DNA from: a virus | Taxonomy: Duplodnaviria; Caudoviricetes | IMG/VR virus record: IMGVR_UViG_3300037067_005519 | Span: 1-64,000 of that record | Length of the DNA: 64,000 nucleotides | Reading direction: 5' to 3' (one strand) | In this document: positions 50,130-60,893 of the stretch, piece after piece | Position numbering within the stretch: the stretch's first letter is position 1 | How the letters are laid out: every line of letters starts with the position of its first letter | The notes under the pieces: generated by a model | Database searches by the model: none | The model's input: the letters and a program-made list of their open reading frames with translations, nothing else | Told to the model about the DNA's origin: nothing | Translations under genes and position numbers: made by a program

Positions 50130-50675
50130 TCACGCAGATTGGGCGAATTGTTGGAGAAACTGTTCTTGAGTAATTGGCACACCGCCGGGAAAGCCAGGAC
50201 GCGAATGGGAACGATTCCTTCCCTTAACAAGCCTGCGCATCTGTCGTTCGCTAATTCCGAATCGTTCTGCTATTGCGGAGTTGGTCATACTACTCCGTAG
50301 TTCCTTCATTGCCACAATCTCTGACCAGGATGCCTTAAAACGTCGTTTCCCGTAGCGACCCTTTGCTACGCAATCCCGCATATTGTCTCCGGCGTCACCC
50401 AAGAACAAATGCTCTGGATTCACGCAAAGTGGATTGTCACATTTATGCAGCACGAAGTTTTTGCCAGGGTCTTCGCCGCGAAACAGAATCCAGGCTAGTC
50501 GATGTGCGAGCATCTCCCGTCCACCGAATCTCATGTGCCCATACCCTCTACTGTCAACTCGACTCGTCCAATTCCAACAGAGGGTCTCTGGGTCAATCTC
50601 GAATTTCGGCATGAATCGGTCGCGCAAGGGCCACGGCTCATTTATCGGTCTACTTTCCTCATCGGTGTGTCCCAT
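50130..50675 (-). CDS. HNH homing endonuclease with C-terminal HTH
   Basis: CWNW...GYG...AHRLAW...VLHKCDNPLCVNPEHLFLG...NMRD. Confidence 0.9.
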   Translation of the reverse strand: MGHTDEESRPINEPWPLRDRFMPKFEIDPETLCWNWTSRVDSRGYGHMRFGGREMLAHRLAWILFRGEDPGKNFVLHKCDNPLCVNPEHLFLGDAGDNMRDCVAKGRYGKRRFKASWSEIVAMKELRSSMTNSAIAERFGISERQMRRLVKGRNRSHSRPGFPGGVPITQEQFLQQFAQSA

Positions 50676-52328
50676 TGTGTTCCTCGTAGTATCGAGGTCT
50701 TCGTGGTCAAGTCATCAAACGCTTGGTCACGGGCCTTTGCAGTCACATACCATTGCCGAAGGCACCACTTCTTGTTCCAGTTAGACCATTGCTCGATGCC
50801 GTAACGCTTTCGTCTTGGCATTCGCTTGATGTACTTCGGTGCCTCGGGCAGGTCCGTCGAATTCACCCTGGTATTCTTGTTTGTAGTCATTTGGTTCTAG
50901 CTTTCGCTTGTCCAACGACGAACGATACATTGCCTCTGGCGGCCAAGGGATTACTTCTTCGGCTTTCTTGTAGGTCATACCATCGCGCGTGCGTGAGAGT
51001 TGAAGGTATCGCAAGTGATGTGGGCACAATAGCGCCCACTCGACTGCTTCACGCTTCACGGTAAACGCGGCGAGGAACTCAAGGTGCGCTGGATGACCTG
51101 GTGCCAAGTAGCGGATCAGGTAGATGTATTCAGACCTGGCCATTCTTAACACCTACGGCCTTCAAGTACAACTCGACCGCTTGCTCGGCGATGCCGGAGG
51201 AACGCTCGCTCGAAATGATGCTGGCAATGTTGTTGGCGTGAAGCTCGTACAACTTGTCGTCACGCATGGTTGTGGGTGTGGTAAGTGTTCTCATGGTTTC
51301 CTCTAGTCAAAAAGGGACTCTGCCCAGTCGTGGACGGGACCGCCCTTGACGTGAACAGTTGATTTGCCGAATTGCACGTTGAAGCCGTCGTCTCGTTTCG
51401 TTACTGCAACTGTTGCGGTCAACGCTTTTGGCTGACGTTCGACTTCGATCTCGATGCCGTAGATGGTTCCGACAACCTCGTCCCGTGCGTTTGGGATGTG
51501 TGGACTCGTGGTGACGTGTATCTTGCCATCCTTGACGCCATGACGGCACCAATATGCACGAAGCTGTTGGGCATACTTGAAGATTTCGTCCGCCAAGTGC
51601 TCACGAGGATTTGTCAGCAGTTCGACTGGAAGTTCTTCTGCCATGTTTCAGCCTTTCGTCTTCGCAAGTAATGAAGCCTGGTTCATCGTGGTACTTGAAA
51701 AAGCGCTCAAGGCCACGTTGCGTATCTTCGGCGTCAGCCTTGGTCGCATACGGCCCGCACGGTTCGCAGTCTGGAATCTTCGTGACCCAGTAGCCGTCCG
51801 GTTTCTTGATGACCTTCATCTTGGTCTCAGTCACCAGTCGATCTCCCGAGCCGTGAACGTCGCGCCTTGTGCTTTCAGCCAAGGTTCCAGTTTGTTCTCA
51901 AAGCATTCAGGGCAGACGTGGTAGTCGCGGAATTCGATGTTTGTTGACTCGGGACAATTGAATCCACGGCCAATGAAGACGCCGGTTTTCGCCACGTTGT
52001 CGTGCAGGTGTTCCCAATTGATGCCGTCACTGTCCGTGTCAGCCATCGAGAAAACCTTGCCGCACAGATCGCAGGTTACGCTCTCGACGAACTCACGGGT
52101 GGTCGCTGGCACCGGAAGTATTTGTTTCTTCACACTCATGTTTCACGCTCACGTCTAGGGTCTTGTAAATGCCAAGCACGGCTTCGGCCGGATCATTGGC
52201 CTGCACAACCTGGCCGTCGTAGTACGCCCACCAGTATCCCAAGGCCGCCTTATTCGAGAGGCGAATTTGGAAGCCTTCCTTAGAGGCCGCCCGGAGCGCC
52301 TCCATCGCAATATGATCCCGCTCTGGAT

Positions 52329-52802
52329 TTACCATTTCAGCTTTGCCGCCTCATCAAGGACAATGAACAGCCGTGCCCAAGTTATCTTGTGCATCTGCAT
52401 CTTGTGGCGGTTTTCCTTGAACCAAGTCCAGTTGTTTGGATCAGGCCATGCTCCTACATAGACTTTGCCGGCGGCCAACCAATCAGCCACCATTTCCCGC
52501 ACGGCCGCTTCTGGCATAGGTAGCGGACCAGCTTCATTATTGCCCTTGCAGTGCGGCGTTCGCCCTACCCAATACTCTGGGTGATGATCGTTGGTATTCT
52601 GATGGTGGAGCCACGCACGAGCAAACCCCTCTGGGTCGCCGCGATCGCCGTGAAATTGGCGGGCATAGGGACCGAACTCGGCGGCCGACCATTTGCTCAC
52701 ATCATGTTTCAACAGCCGCCAGAGCGACACCTTGAGGCGTAACCCGGCCATCAGCACGTACCATTTATGGCGCAACGTCTGAATCAGGTGCTTCGTCCGC
52801 AT
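52329..52802 (-). CDS. DUF5662-like HD-related protein
   Basis: HKWYV...HDVSKWS..EF...AWLHHQNTNDHHPEYW...EMVADW. Confidence 0.75.
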   Translation of the reverse strand: MRTKHLIQTLRHKWYVLMAGLRLKVSLWRLLKHDVSKWSAAEFGPYARQFHGDRGDPEGFARAWLHHQNTNDHHPEYWVGRTPHCKGNNEAGPLPMPEAAVREMVADWLAAGKVYVGAWPDPNNWTWFKENRHKMQMHKITWARLFIVLDEAAKLKW

Positions 52803-53708
52803 TGTGTCTCCTCATACGATGGAACGTCGATGGCCACGATCTCTGGTAATCGAACTGTATGCCCTTGTCGATTACGTCGTGTGATGACGCCCTTGCAGGC
52901 TTGCGGACCCTCCGGGCTGGTCCAAACCGATGCAACCGACTGATCGACCCAGGAGGTTCCGTAGTCGTTGCTTCGCCGATACCAGCGGCCCGTCTTTTGG
53001 TCTCGAAGCATAAAGAATGTCATAGCTTCACGTACTCTCCGATCTTCTTCTTTGTCTTGACGACTCGATATTGCAGTCCTTTTGCCCGAGCCGCATTGAG
53101 CATGTTCGACTTGTAGCCCTTCTTAACGATACGCCCTCGTCCATGCCATTCGATGACTACCAGAGCGAATTCGTTAGAAACTAGCATTGATGCTGTTCGT
53201 GGGCAGTTGCCCAAAATTGTTTCAGTTTGGCTGCCAAGCGTTCCGCCGCACCTTCGATTGCAATCTCAGCCTCGACGTTCAGCCAGAATTCCTTCAAGCT
53301 GGCAAGCGCCGCCGAGATACCAGCGACTCTGGCTTCCGTCTCCTCACTCATCGGGCCTGGCTGAGGACGGTTCGCGTAGTGGACCTCATCCGATTCAGCC
53401 ACGACGACTGTGCCGTCTGGCTTGATGAGAGTACAGTGGCTTCCGGGAATGTCGAGCTTTGCCAACAGCGTCAGCAGGTTTCGACGACTCAATCGTACTT
53501 GCATCGTTCTGTTCCTTTGGATAGTCCCATTCCCACGCGCCGTCACGCACGCGGAGTTGGGATGTGCAGTAGCGACAATGCAACGTGTCGCCTTCGTTTT
53601 CGGTCACAAGAGCTTCATCGAGCGTTGCGATGCAGCATCGCATTACTCCGCCGATTCGCAGAGGCAGTTGGCGTAGGTGTGGTTCGTTCATGCTGTTCTC
53701 AAAGTAAT

Positions 53709-53880
53709 TGCGGCGGGCCGGGCCTGATTCCGGCTCCCAGGCGCACCCATACGATGGGCTTTGTAGTCTGGTAGGTTACAAACGTGGCGCTTCACGTCCT
53801 ACCATTCCGGGTCTGGCACCCTGGCGTCAGCTTTGACAGCACCCACCAAGGCCCTGTGTGTCCATCCACACCGCCGCCGC
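53709..53880 (-). ncRNA. Non-canonical tRNA-like RNA (172 nt) with ~110-nt insert replacing the anticodon loop
   Basis: Acceptor GCGGCGG/CCGCCGC plus A; 2-nt linker; D-stem GTGT/ACAC; CAGG/CCTG stem; T-like arm GCCGG AATCAGGC CCGGC; begins 4 nt after tRNA-Glu. Confidence 0.7.
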
Positions 53881-53884
53881 AAAG

Positions 53885-53958
53885 TAGCCCCGGACAGAAT
53901 CGAACTGTCATCTCCGGCCTGAAAAACCGGCGTCCTAAACCGTTAGACAGACGGGGCC
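53885..53958 (-). tRNA. tRNA-Glu(TTC)
   Basis: Acceptor GGCCCCG/CGGGGCT; anticodon arm CCGGT-TTTTCAG-GCCGG; T-arm GACAG TTCGATT CTGTC. Confidence 0.88.
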
Positions 53959-54004
53959 AAGTCAACCGGCCTGCTACAAGCAGGCCGGAAGCAGAAAGGA
54001 GTCC

Positions 54005-55345
54005 CTACTTCGTAGGCTCGGTTGGAAGAACCCCGGTTGCACGGAGCAACATGAGGTTCATCAAATTCTCATTGAGGCCGCCGCCTTTGCCTTCCTTGTT
54101 GTCACCAACGATCACCACGGCAGGCGTCTTCACACCGGCCAGGGCTGCGGCGACCTTTGCGTCCCGATCGGCCTTAATCGTCGCCAGGATGCGGTCTTTG
54201 TCGGACAAGCCGCCAGCAATCTCGATTTCCTTGGCTTTTGCTTCGGCAGCCGAGATCACGGCTTTTTTATCCAGTTCAGCCCGTTCAGCCTTGATCTGGG
54301 CGATCGCCTTCAAGGTCTCGGCTTCCTGCTTGTCTTGCAGAGCGACTTCAACCTTCTGTTGGGCCTTCGTCACGGCCTCGGCCTTCTGAATCACGGCAAC
54401 TTCCTGTTGCTGTTGAGCAGCGACGGTCGCTTTCTTCTTTTCGAGATTGGCAGCGGCCTCGGTCTCGGCGACCTGTCGCAGACCACGCTCGATAATCATC
54501 AGTTTTTGTTGCTGCTCTTCCTGACGCTGAGCCTTGGCCTGCTCGGCAGCCAAGTAGGACTGCTTCTTCGCAGCAAATTGCTCCAGAGTCTTGGAGTCGT
54601 ATTCCGTTTCGGTCACGCTAAATTGAATGACCTCAATGCCATACCTCTTCAAGGGCGACTCTTGCACGACGATCGGCTGTCCCTTTTCATCGCGGACGAT
54701 CTTTGTGGCGGCAACCTTCGCCTTCTTCTCACGCATGATCGCTTTGCCATCCGCACCAATGCCGGCGGCTTCCATTTGGGCAACGTCATTCAGTTCAACT
54801 TCGGTTCTCTCCATCTCGAAGAGACCTTTGATGAGTTGCTCTTCGACGACCTGGTTAAATTCGGCCTTACGGCTCGCTTGGTTCTCGCTGGCCGACATCA
54901 TGGGGCCGGTGCTCTTTACGCAATTCGTCAGGTGAGCTTTGACTGCATCGACGATGCTATCCTGGTTGGAAGCATAGTCCTGATGAATCAAGAGTCGATG
55001 GGCTTCATCCGAGGGCAAACGAATCTTGACGAAGCTGCCGATTTGAGCCGTGCCGCCGTCGTTGAACGTAACACGGATTGAATCATCGCTCTTGCTGCCT
55101 TCCTTTACGCTGGCGCTGTAATAATGCTGCATCGAGCGCGGCATAGTCCAGACGGTGGCAAACCACTTACCGTAGTACCCAGACTTGTCGATCACGGATA
55201 CATTGCCGCTGACGGACTGGTAGACTTGATAGTCCTGCATATTGTTGTGGCCAACCAATCCACCCCACATGATCCCTACCAGGATCAGGGCGAGAAAGGT
55301 CACGATGCCGGCCGCAGCCAGCTTCACTTGGGTAGCAGCACTCAT
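54005..55345 (-). CDS. SPFH/band-7 (flotillin-like) membrane protein
   Basis: N-terminal TM; IRVTFNDGG; YGIEVIQFSV; long AE/AQ coiled coil. Confidence 0.8.
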   Translation of the reverse strand: MSAATQVKLAAAGIVTFLALILVGIMWGGLVGHNNMQDYQVYQSVSGNVSVIDKSGYYGKWFATVWTMPRSMQHYYSASVKEGSKSDDSIRVTFNDGGTAQIGSFVKIRLPSDEAHRLLIHQDYASNQDSIVDAVKAHLTNCVKSTGPMMSASENQASRKAEFNQVVEEQLIKGLFEMERTEVELNDVAQMEAAGIGADGKAIMREKKAKVAATKIVRDEKGQPIVVQESPLKRYGIEVIQFSVTETEYDSKTLEQFAAKKQSYLAAEQAKAQRQEEQQQKLMIIERGLRQVAETEAAANLEKKKATVAAQQQQEVAVIQKAEAVTKAQQKVEVALQDKQEAETLKAIAQIKAERAELDKKAVISAAEAKAKEIEIAGGLSDKDRILATIKADRDAKVAAALAGVKTPAVVIVGDNKEGKGGGLNENLMNLMLLRATGVLPTEPTK

Positions 55346-55680
55346 GGGAACCTCCGGGTTAGAAAGGGGTGGGTTTGCGTCGAACTTGACGCTTGATCGT
55401 ACTTGCCGTCTCACGCTCCCTATGGGCAGCGTTTCGGGCTTCTTCTGCACGTTGTCGAGCATTCTGCTCAGCATGTTGCAGGTCTTTCAAGACTTCCTCG
55501 GCGGTCTCTGGCGACGGCTTTACGCCACCGATGAGTCCTGAAAACCACTTGGAGTGGATCAGCCATCGGTAGAGTAAAAAGGCCGCTGCCATCAACGCGA
55601 AGAAGGCCAGTGCTTCAATTGCGGGCATGTCAGTATCCTTGGCTCAAAGGGTTGAAGGTGTCGGGATAAGAGACGTTCAG

Positions 55681-55959
55681 TCAATCCCAATCGTCATCTT
55701 CGTCTTCCCAGTAGTCGTCTTCGTCCCAGTCATCGCCCCAGTCGTCGTCATCGAAGATCGAGTCGCCGCAATCGTGATCGTCCCAGTTGTTGTCCCAGGG
55801 ATCGTCCCAATCGTCGTCTTCCCAATCTTCATCCTCTTCCCAGTCGTCATCCTCGTCTGGGTCGTCCTCTTCATCCTCTTCCTCACAGGGATCGTCCCAC
55901 TCGTCGCGGTCGTCGAGAGGGTCTTCCTCCCAATTGAATCCGTCGCTTTCAGCGCACAT
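55681..55959 (-). CDS. Extremely acidic Asp/Trp-repeat protein
   Basis: 92 aa dominated by D/E with periodic W (DDWD); in-operon position. Confidence 0.6.
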   Translation of the reverse strand: MCAESDGFNWEEDPLDDRDEWDDPCEEEDEEDDPDEDDDWEEDEDWEDDDWDDPWDNNWDDHDCGDSIFDDDDWGDDWDEDDYWEDEDDDWD

Positions 55960-55970
55960 GGCGAATGTCC

Positions 55971-56342
55971 TTATGTCAGTCGAGAGTTAAACCACAAGTC
56001 GAGTTCTCGTTTGGCAGCGGCCGTCGAGTCCGAGGCGTGAACCAGATTCCTTGGGTTGCAGACGAGATCAGCCATATTGATGCGGATTCTCTCTGCAACC
56101 TCTCGAACCTTGAACACGTTGCCCGTAATTGCTAACGCGCAAACCCGACCGCTGCACATGAACGCTTGCAAACCCGGATAGAAGCTCTTGCTGACGTGCT
56201 CAGTGTAATGCTTTGCACACAGCGCTTCATCCATCGTCGTCAGATACATGCCGGCGATTCCGAAAGACTCAAAATCGGAGATGAGTTCTCCCATGAGCTT
56301 TTGTTCGATCGCATCAGGCTTAATGAGGACCAGGCTGCTCAC
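55971..56342 (-). CDS. ndk: Nucleoside diphosphate kinase
   Basis: LVLIKPDA...HYTEH...FY..L..FMCSG...RNLVHASDS...RELDLWF. Confidence 0.93.
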   Translation of the reverse strand: MSSLVLIKPDAIEQKLMGELISDFESFGIAGMYLTTMDEALCAKHYTEHVSKSFYPGLQAFMCSGRVCALAITGNVFKVREVAERIRINMADLVCNPRNLVHASDSTAAAKRELDLWFNSRLT

Positions 56343-56581
56343 GTCACGTTCTCCACTTCCGCTGGCGCATCGTCCAGCGATTCGCCGGCACAGATACAGA
56401 CATTTTTTTTCAGCAAGATGTCACATGGGCAAGGCTTTGTCCGGTTACAGACGCAATGTCCAATCTTCTTGGCTCGTGCCATAACTTGCTCGCGTTTGAT
56501 CTGAACCTGATCGACAGTAATTACCGTCGCCTGTTCTTCCGGCGTAAGGTCTCCCCAGGCCCGTTCGACTTCGGGTGACAT
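56339..56581 (-). CDS. Cys-rich protein resembling the ferredoxin-thioredoxin reductase catalytic Cys pattern
   Basis: GHCVC...PCPC...VCIC. Confidence 0.4.
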   Translation of the reverse strand: MSPEVERAWGDLTPEEQATVITVDQVQIKREQVMARAKKIGHCVCNRTKPCPCDILLKKNVCICAGESLDDAPAEVENVT

Positions 56582-57322
56582 CACTCTGGCACCATGACTT
56601 TCTCGATCTCGACCTTGGCGATCACGCCCAAGTCGTCGATCTCGCTCTTCTTGTCTCTGGCAGCCGACTCGTCGTCGAACAGTTGATTGATGGCCATGCC
56701 ACAGCATTCGCCGACGACACGGTACTTCTCAACCATTGGGCGCACGAGCACCTTAATCTCGGAGTAGTCGCCCTTCGTGATCCGCAGGACGTTACCCGCT
56801 TCGTCAGTGACCTTGACACCAACGATATTGTTGTTGGTGTAGTCAAGTTCCACTGTCATGCCATTCAGGGCAATGTCGGTAGGTGCCTTGACCTGCACCC
56901 ATTTGCTTGCGATCGTAGCCATGATTTCTCCCTTGGTATAATGGGTATCGGTTGCGGCTTAGGTAAGCTCTACCGATCCCATAAGATTTCCGGTTGGCGC
57001 AAACATTCCGGTTGTGCCTACGCCTATTTGTGTGTGGGCCAAAGGCAGCGAATCAGGGCGAACAGCCCGATCGCTTGCCAGAAATTGATGGTGGGAAGGT
57101 GAAAGAGAACCGGCATCAGCCAGTTCCACAGCCACATAATGGGAAAACCCACCAGCAGGCCAATGACGACCAAGAACACCAGCACAACACACGATCCAAC
57201 AATCAGCTTGTCCACGAAAGTCTCCTTGTGAAAGATTGCCGGCCGCCGATCAACAGGCCCCGGCAGTAGGCTGATACCAACCCGAGTTGTTCGAGTCTGG
57301 TTGTTTAACGGACTCTGACGGC

Positions 57323-58237
57323 CTATCCGTTTCTTAGGCGTTTGACGCCCTGGCGTACAAGCCAGACGACTGCCTTGGCGTCCTCAACGGCGGTGTGAGC
57401 CACCGTGTTGTCGTAGCCGGCTCGCTCATAACACGTCTTGCTGTCGGGCAGCCGTTCATCCTCCGCTGGATTCCAGAAGAGGATGGCCGGATCAATGACC
57501 CGATGGCGGAACTTGACGTGCAGATCGAAGTACGGTAGTCGATTCAGAAATTGCATGTCGAAGGACGCGAAGTTCTTGCCCGCCGCTTGAACGCTTTTGG
57601 GGTCAAGACCGTGGCCCGCGATCCAGGCAGAGAACAACTCCGCGAACTCAAAATCGCGGCAGAAGCACGATACTCCAGGCGGGGTGCCGCCAAACGTCAG
57701 CGCTTCTGCCAGGCCGTATTGCCGGCCCATCGTTAGGAGGAAATTCGGTATCTCGTACCAGTGCATGGGCATGTCGCCCAGCAACTTGAGCATGGCTGCC
57801 TGCGGGAAGCCTTTCGTTGGCACAGCACATTTATCCATCCAAGTGGCCAGGGCCTCCCTTGGCATGGATTGCTGCTCTTCTTGCGGCCGGTTGGCGATCG
57901 TCTTCAACAGATTGGCGTTGAGGGCCATAGCAAATGGTGACCCGGATACCTCATCGTAGGAGAACACACGACGGAAGACTGGCAACTGGTCGATCGGTGA
58001 CTTCCAGTCGTCCATGACCGCGCCAACCTCCAAAGTCTGACACGTCTCCGGGTTCAAGCCGGTTGTCTCGATGTCAATGCTGACATAGGGCAACTTGAGC
58101 GCAACGGCTGGCAGACCAGGCTCACGGTGAGCCTCGCCAAGGTGCCCGGACCAACCGCATCCATTGCAGTGTCCTAGCGATGGATTGAGGTCGTTGGTCT
58201 TCAACATCTCTTCGCACTCAGGGCAAAACTTCTTCAT
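57323..58237 (-). CDS. DEDDh 3'-5' exonuclease with N-terminal Zn ribbon
   Basis: CPEC...CNGCG; SIDIETTG (ExoI), GKNFASFD (ExoII), HTAVEDA (ExoIII). Confidence 0.88.
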   Translation of the reverse strand: MKKFCPECEEMLKTNDLNPSLGHCNGCGWSGHLGEAHREPGLPAVALKLPYVSIDIETTGLNPETCQTLEVGAVMDDWKSPIDQLPVFRRVFSYDEVSGSPFAMALNANLLKTIANRPQEEQQSMPREALATWMDKCAVPTKGFPQAAMLKLLGDMPMHWYEIPNFLLTMGRQYGLAEALTFGGTPPGVSCFCRDFEFAELFSAWIAGHGLDPKSVQAAGKNFASFDMQFLNRLPYFDLHVKFRHRVIDPAILFWNPAEDERLPDSKTCYERAGYDNTVAHTAVEDAKAVVWLVRQGVKRLRNG

Positions 58238-58580
58238 GTGGTCCTCGCTGCAAGCTGTTCCTGCACTTTGGCTAATTCCGTGAACACGTCCTGAATCAAG
58301 CACGTCCCGTGCGACAGTTCCTCAGTCGAAACGGATACGATGACCTCCGGGTCCGCCAGTATCTTTCGCATAGCCTTGAGGCAGCCGACGATCCTGTCGA
58401 AATAGTCAATGCTGATCTGGTAGTCGATGGTGAGCTTGTCATCATCTGCGGTTGGTGGCATCTGATCGCCCATCAGCATCTTCGCTGACTGCTTATGTTT
58501 TCCTGCCTTGCCCTTGTCCAGAACCAGTCTGAACTTGAGCCTTTCAGTTCGCGTTGGCGATCCTTCGTAGATGGTCTGGC

Positions 58581-58940
58581 TCATTGGACTCCTAGCTCTT
58601 TGAGCGCGGTTTTCTCGGCTTGCGTGAGCTTGCTGAGGGCTTCTTTGCGGAGGCGGACGAGCTTTTGGTATTCCGCTTTCTCGACTTTGTAGGCGTCGAT
58701 TGCGAGCTTGTACGCTTTCTGGCACGCTTCCTTGGTGCTTCGGCCGGTTCCTCCGCAGGCGGTGCAGGTGGTTCTTGGTCCATAGGCGATATAGGCTTGT
58801 CCGTTTCGCTCAAGGAAGAACCCTCTTCCTTTGCAGGCGAGACATGGGTATCGTCGTCCGTTGGGTCCGTTGCCATCGCTCCCGTTGGCCCAGCAAAAGA
58901 GGCCGAAATTCTTGTAAGGGCGTCTTGGTCCAGGTCGCAT
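58581..58940 (-). CDS. DnaJ-type Zn-finger protein
   Basis: CLACKGRG...CTACGGTG. Confidence 0.6.
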   Translation of the reverse strand: MRPGPRRPYKNFGLFCWANGSDGNGPNGRRYPCLACKGRGFFLERNGQAYIAYGPRTTCTACGGTGRSTKEACQKAYKLAIDAYKVEKAEYQKLVRLRKEALSKLTQAEKTALKELGVQ

Positions 58941-59347
58941 ATCTCGATGTCCTTACGCTTCCGTGTCGTCGTGTCCATCAGCAAGCCGTACACGTTACGG
59001 TTCAACTTCGGCCTGACCCACAGTGGATAACCAGATGGAACCTTGCCAAACAGTTCCTCCAATTTGCGGATGCCTGTTCCCTCGGCCGCCTGTTGCCAAA
59101 GACGTTGATGTTTCTCGCACGCTTCTTGGGCGGCCTTGAAGGTCTTGAACAGCCGGCGGCTGCTCACGAAGTCCCACATCTCGCTGCCGTTCGGCAACAG
59201 GATGCGAACGGTCGCTTGGAAGGCGGCCGGCAGCGCAATCCCCCAGGCTTCACAGCGCCAGACGATGCGATATTTCTCCTCTGACATCCAGGTCTTGCGG
59301 ACCTTCTTGTTTTGGCCCTTAATCTTCTTGCGGGTGAATTCCATCAT
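58592..59347 (-). CDS. Hypothetical protein with acidic then basic disordered tail
   Basis: Start coupled to the upstream gene; 3' half overlaps 58581-58940 in another frame. Confidence 0.55.
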   Translation of the reverse strand: MMEFTRKKIKGQNKKVRKTWMSEEKYRIVWRCEAWGIALPAAFQATVRILLPNGSEMWDFVSSRRLFKTFKAAQEACEKHQRLWQQAAEGTGIRKLEELFGKVPSGYPLWVRPKLNRNVYGLLMDTTTRKRKDIEICDLDQDALTRISASFAGPTGAMATDPTDDDTHVSPAKEEGSSLSETDKPISPMDQEPPAPPAEEPAEAPRKRARKRTSSQSTPTKSRKRNTKSSSASAKKPSASSRKPRKPRSKS

Positions 59348-59805
59348 GCGGCATTCATCAACTCGGCGTAGTCGAAGCCTCCGCTTCGTAGGGCGTCTCG
59401 AATGTCAATGCAGGCTTGTGCCGCTTCCAGGACTTTGTTGTTGAGCACGAGCATGTAGGCCGGCAAAGCAATCTCACCACGAACGAACTGGCGGCCCTTG
59501 TCGGTTACGCGCCAATAGCCGGAGGTCGGACGCTTGTCAGTAGGCGACATTGGTTCAATCAAGCCCCAGTATTCGAGCTTGCCGTAGTCGGCGTTGAATT
59601 CCCGATGGTCCTTCACGTCATGGTTGACATGGAACCACTTGTCGTCGTATTTCCTGGCCGCCCGTATCAGGAACAGCGCAAGTCCAGCATTCAACTTTCG
59701 GCGATAGACTTTGGTGTATCGGCCGCAACATGGACAATGGGTGCCCTTGTCAACCTGCTGGAGAAACAGTTCTTTGGCTTCGCTGAGGGGTCTGTCGGTA
59801 ATCAT
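59344..59805 (-). CDS. Zn-ribbon plus winged-helix protein
   Basis: CPCCG.YTKVYRRKL...KLEYWGLIE...GYWRVTDKGRQF. Confidence 0.7.
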   Translation of the reverse strand: MITDRPLSEAKELFLQQVDKGTHCPCCGRYTKVYRRKLNAGLALFLIRAARKYDDKWFHVNHDVKDHREFNADYGKLEYWGLIEPMSPTDKRPTSGYWRVTDKGRQFVRGEIALPAYMLVLNNKVLEAAQACIDIRDALRSGGFDYAELMNAA

Positions 59806-59808
59806 GGT

Positions 59809-60375
59809 CTATTCCATGTTGTGCGTGATGATCGTGCCGTGTTGCCCATTGCCAGAAATGTTCTTGATGACAATGGCCTCACTGAAATCAGTCAAGGCGG
59901 TCCAGTAGACGGACACTCCGTAGCGACGGAGCCGGCGTCTTGTCTCGTGTGTCAACTTATCCTGAACTTCATCAGTCAAATGTTGTAGCAGGTATTCGAG
60001 CGTGTGCGTGGTAATGACCTTCGTAATGGCCACCATCGAAATGTCATTTAGCGTATCGCTGACATCCCAATTCCTGGCGATCGTGGCCACAACATCGTTG
60101 ATCGCGTAGACCACGACTCCACTGACGACGATCTTCTTTCCGTCCGACGTAAGCAATGCTTGTGTAGGAAGATTGTGGGTCTGTCTAGCCGTAGGGATGA
60201 CTTCGACCTCTGTTACCAGAGGCCAGTAGACATGCAAACCTGGCTGCAAAGGTGAAACCTTTGATCCATACCTGAATCGCGCTCCAGCGTGGGTTGAACG
60301 AACTATGAGGATGCGGGGAATCCACCTTGCTAGCCACTCAAATAGCCAGCCGATCCATGCAAAAGCGCCTTCCAT
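59809..60375 (-). CDS. SPFH/band-7 domain protein
   Basis: GARFRYG...LQPGLHVYWP...QTHNLPTQALLTSDGK.IVVSGVVVY. Confidence 0.8.
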   Translation of the reverse strand: MEGAFAWIGWLFEWLARWIPRILIVRSTHAGARFRYGSKVSPLQPGLHVYWPLVTEVEVIPTARQTHNLPTQALLTSDGKKIVVSGVVVYAINDVVATIARNWDVSDTLNDISMVAITKVITTHTLEYLLQHLTDEVQDKLTHETRRRLRRYGVSVYWTALTDFSEAIVIKNISGNGQHGTIITHNME

Positions 60376-60376
60376 C

Positions 60377-60571
60377 TCAATATCCTCTCCCACGGTGTTT
60401 CCGTGGATGCAGTGGACTGTAGGTGTTGCGAGTGGCCGGCGCTTTGGTAATCGCTCGGCGGACTCGACGCACACCGCACTTGGCGCAGCGCGTGGGCTGC
60501 TTAGCATTCATTGGCTGAAAGGCTTCGCTGGTTTCGCCACACGCACCGCACACAAGGTCGTAAAGCGGCAT
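60377..60571 (-). CDS. FmdB-family zinc ribbon
   Basis: MPLYDLVCGACG...CAKCG. Confidence 0.75.
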   Translation of the reverse strand: MPLYDLVCGACGETSEAFQPMNAKQPTRCAKCGVRRVRRAITKAPATRNTYSPLHPRKHRGRGY

Positions 60572-60893
60572 TAGTCTTCCTCCTCATCAGGCTCACGCTC
60601 GCCGAGGGTCACTAACGCATCCTTGGTGCCCTCAGCGAGTTCCTCGGCGTTGTTGGACTGTTCCATGTCCTTCTCACGCCTTCTTGATCGGGTCATGCAA
60701 CCTTCGCCGTCAATTCGCGTGTAGTAGTCGCGGATACATTCAAGCTGAACTTCCGTTGCAATGGCCAAGGTTTTCCAGAGTTCCTTGGCCTGAGCCAGTT
60801 TCCGATTCTCGAAATACAGGTGCAGGAACCACCAGCAGGCGAAAGCGAAGGCAATCAATCGGACGATCAAGAGGGTAATCATGGTGTTCTCCG

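Noticed and set aside
53709-53880. tmRNA or group I intron-containing tRNA
   Set aside because: No G3:U70 alanine acceptor or tag ORF; the insert of about 110 nt is too short for a group I core and no P7 motif was recognised
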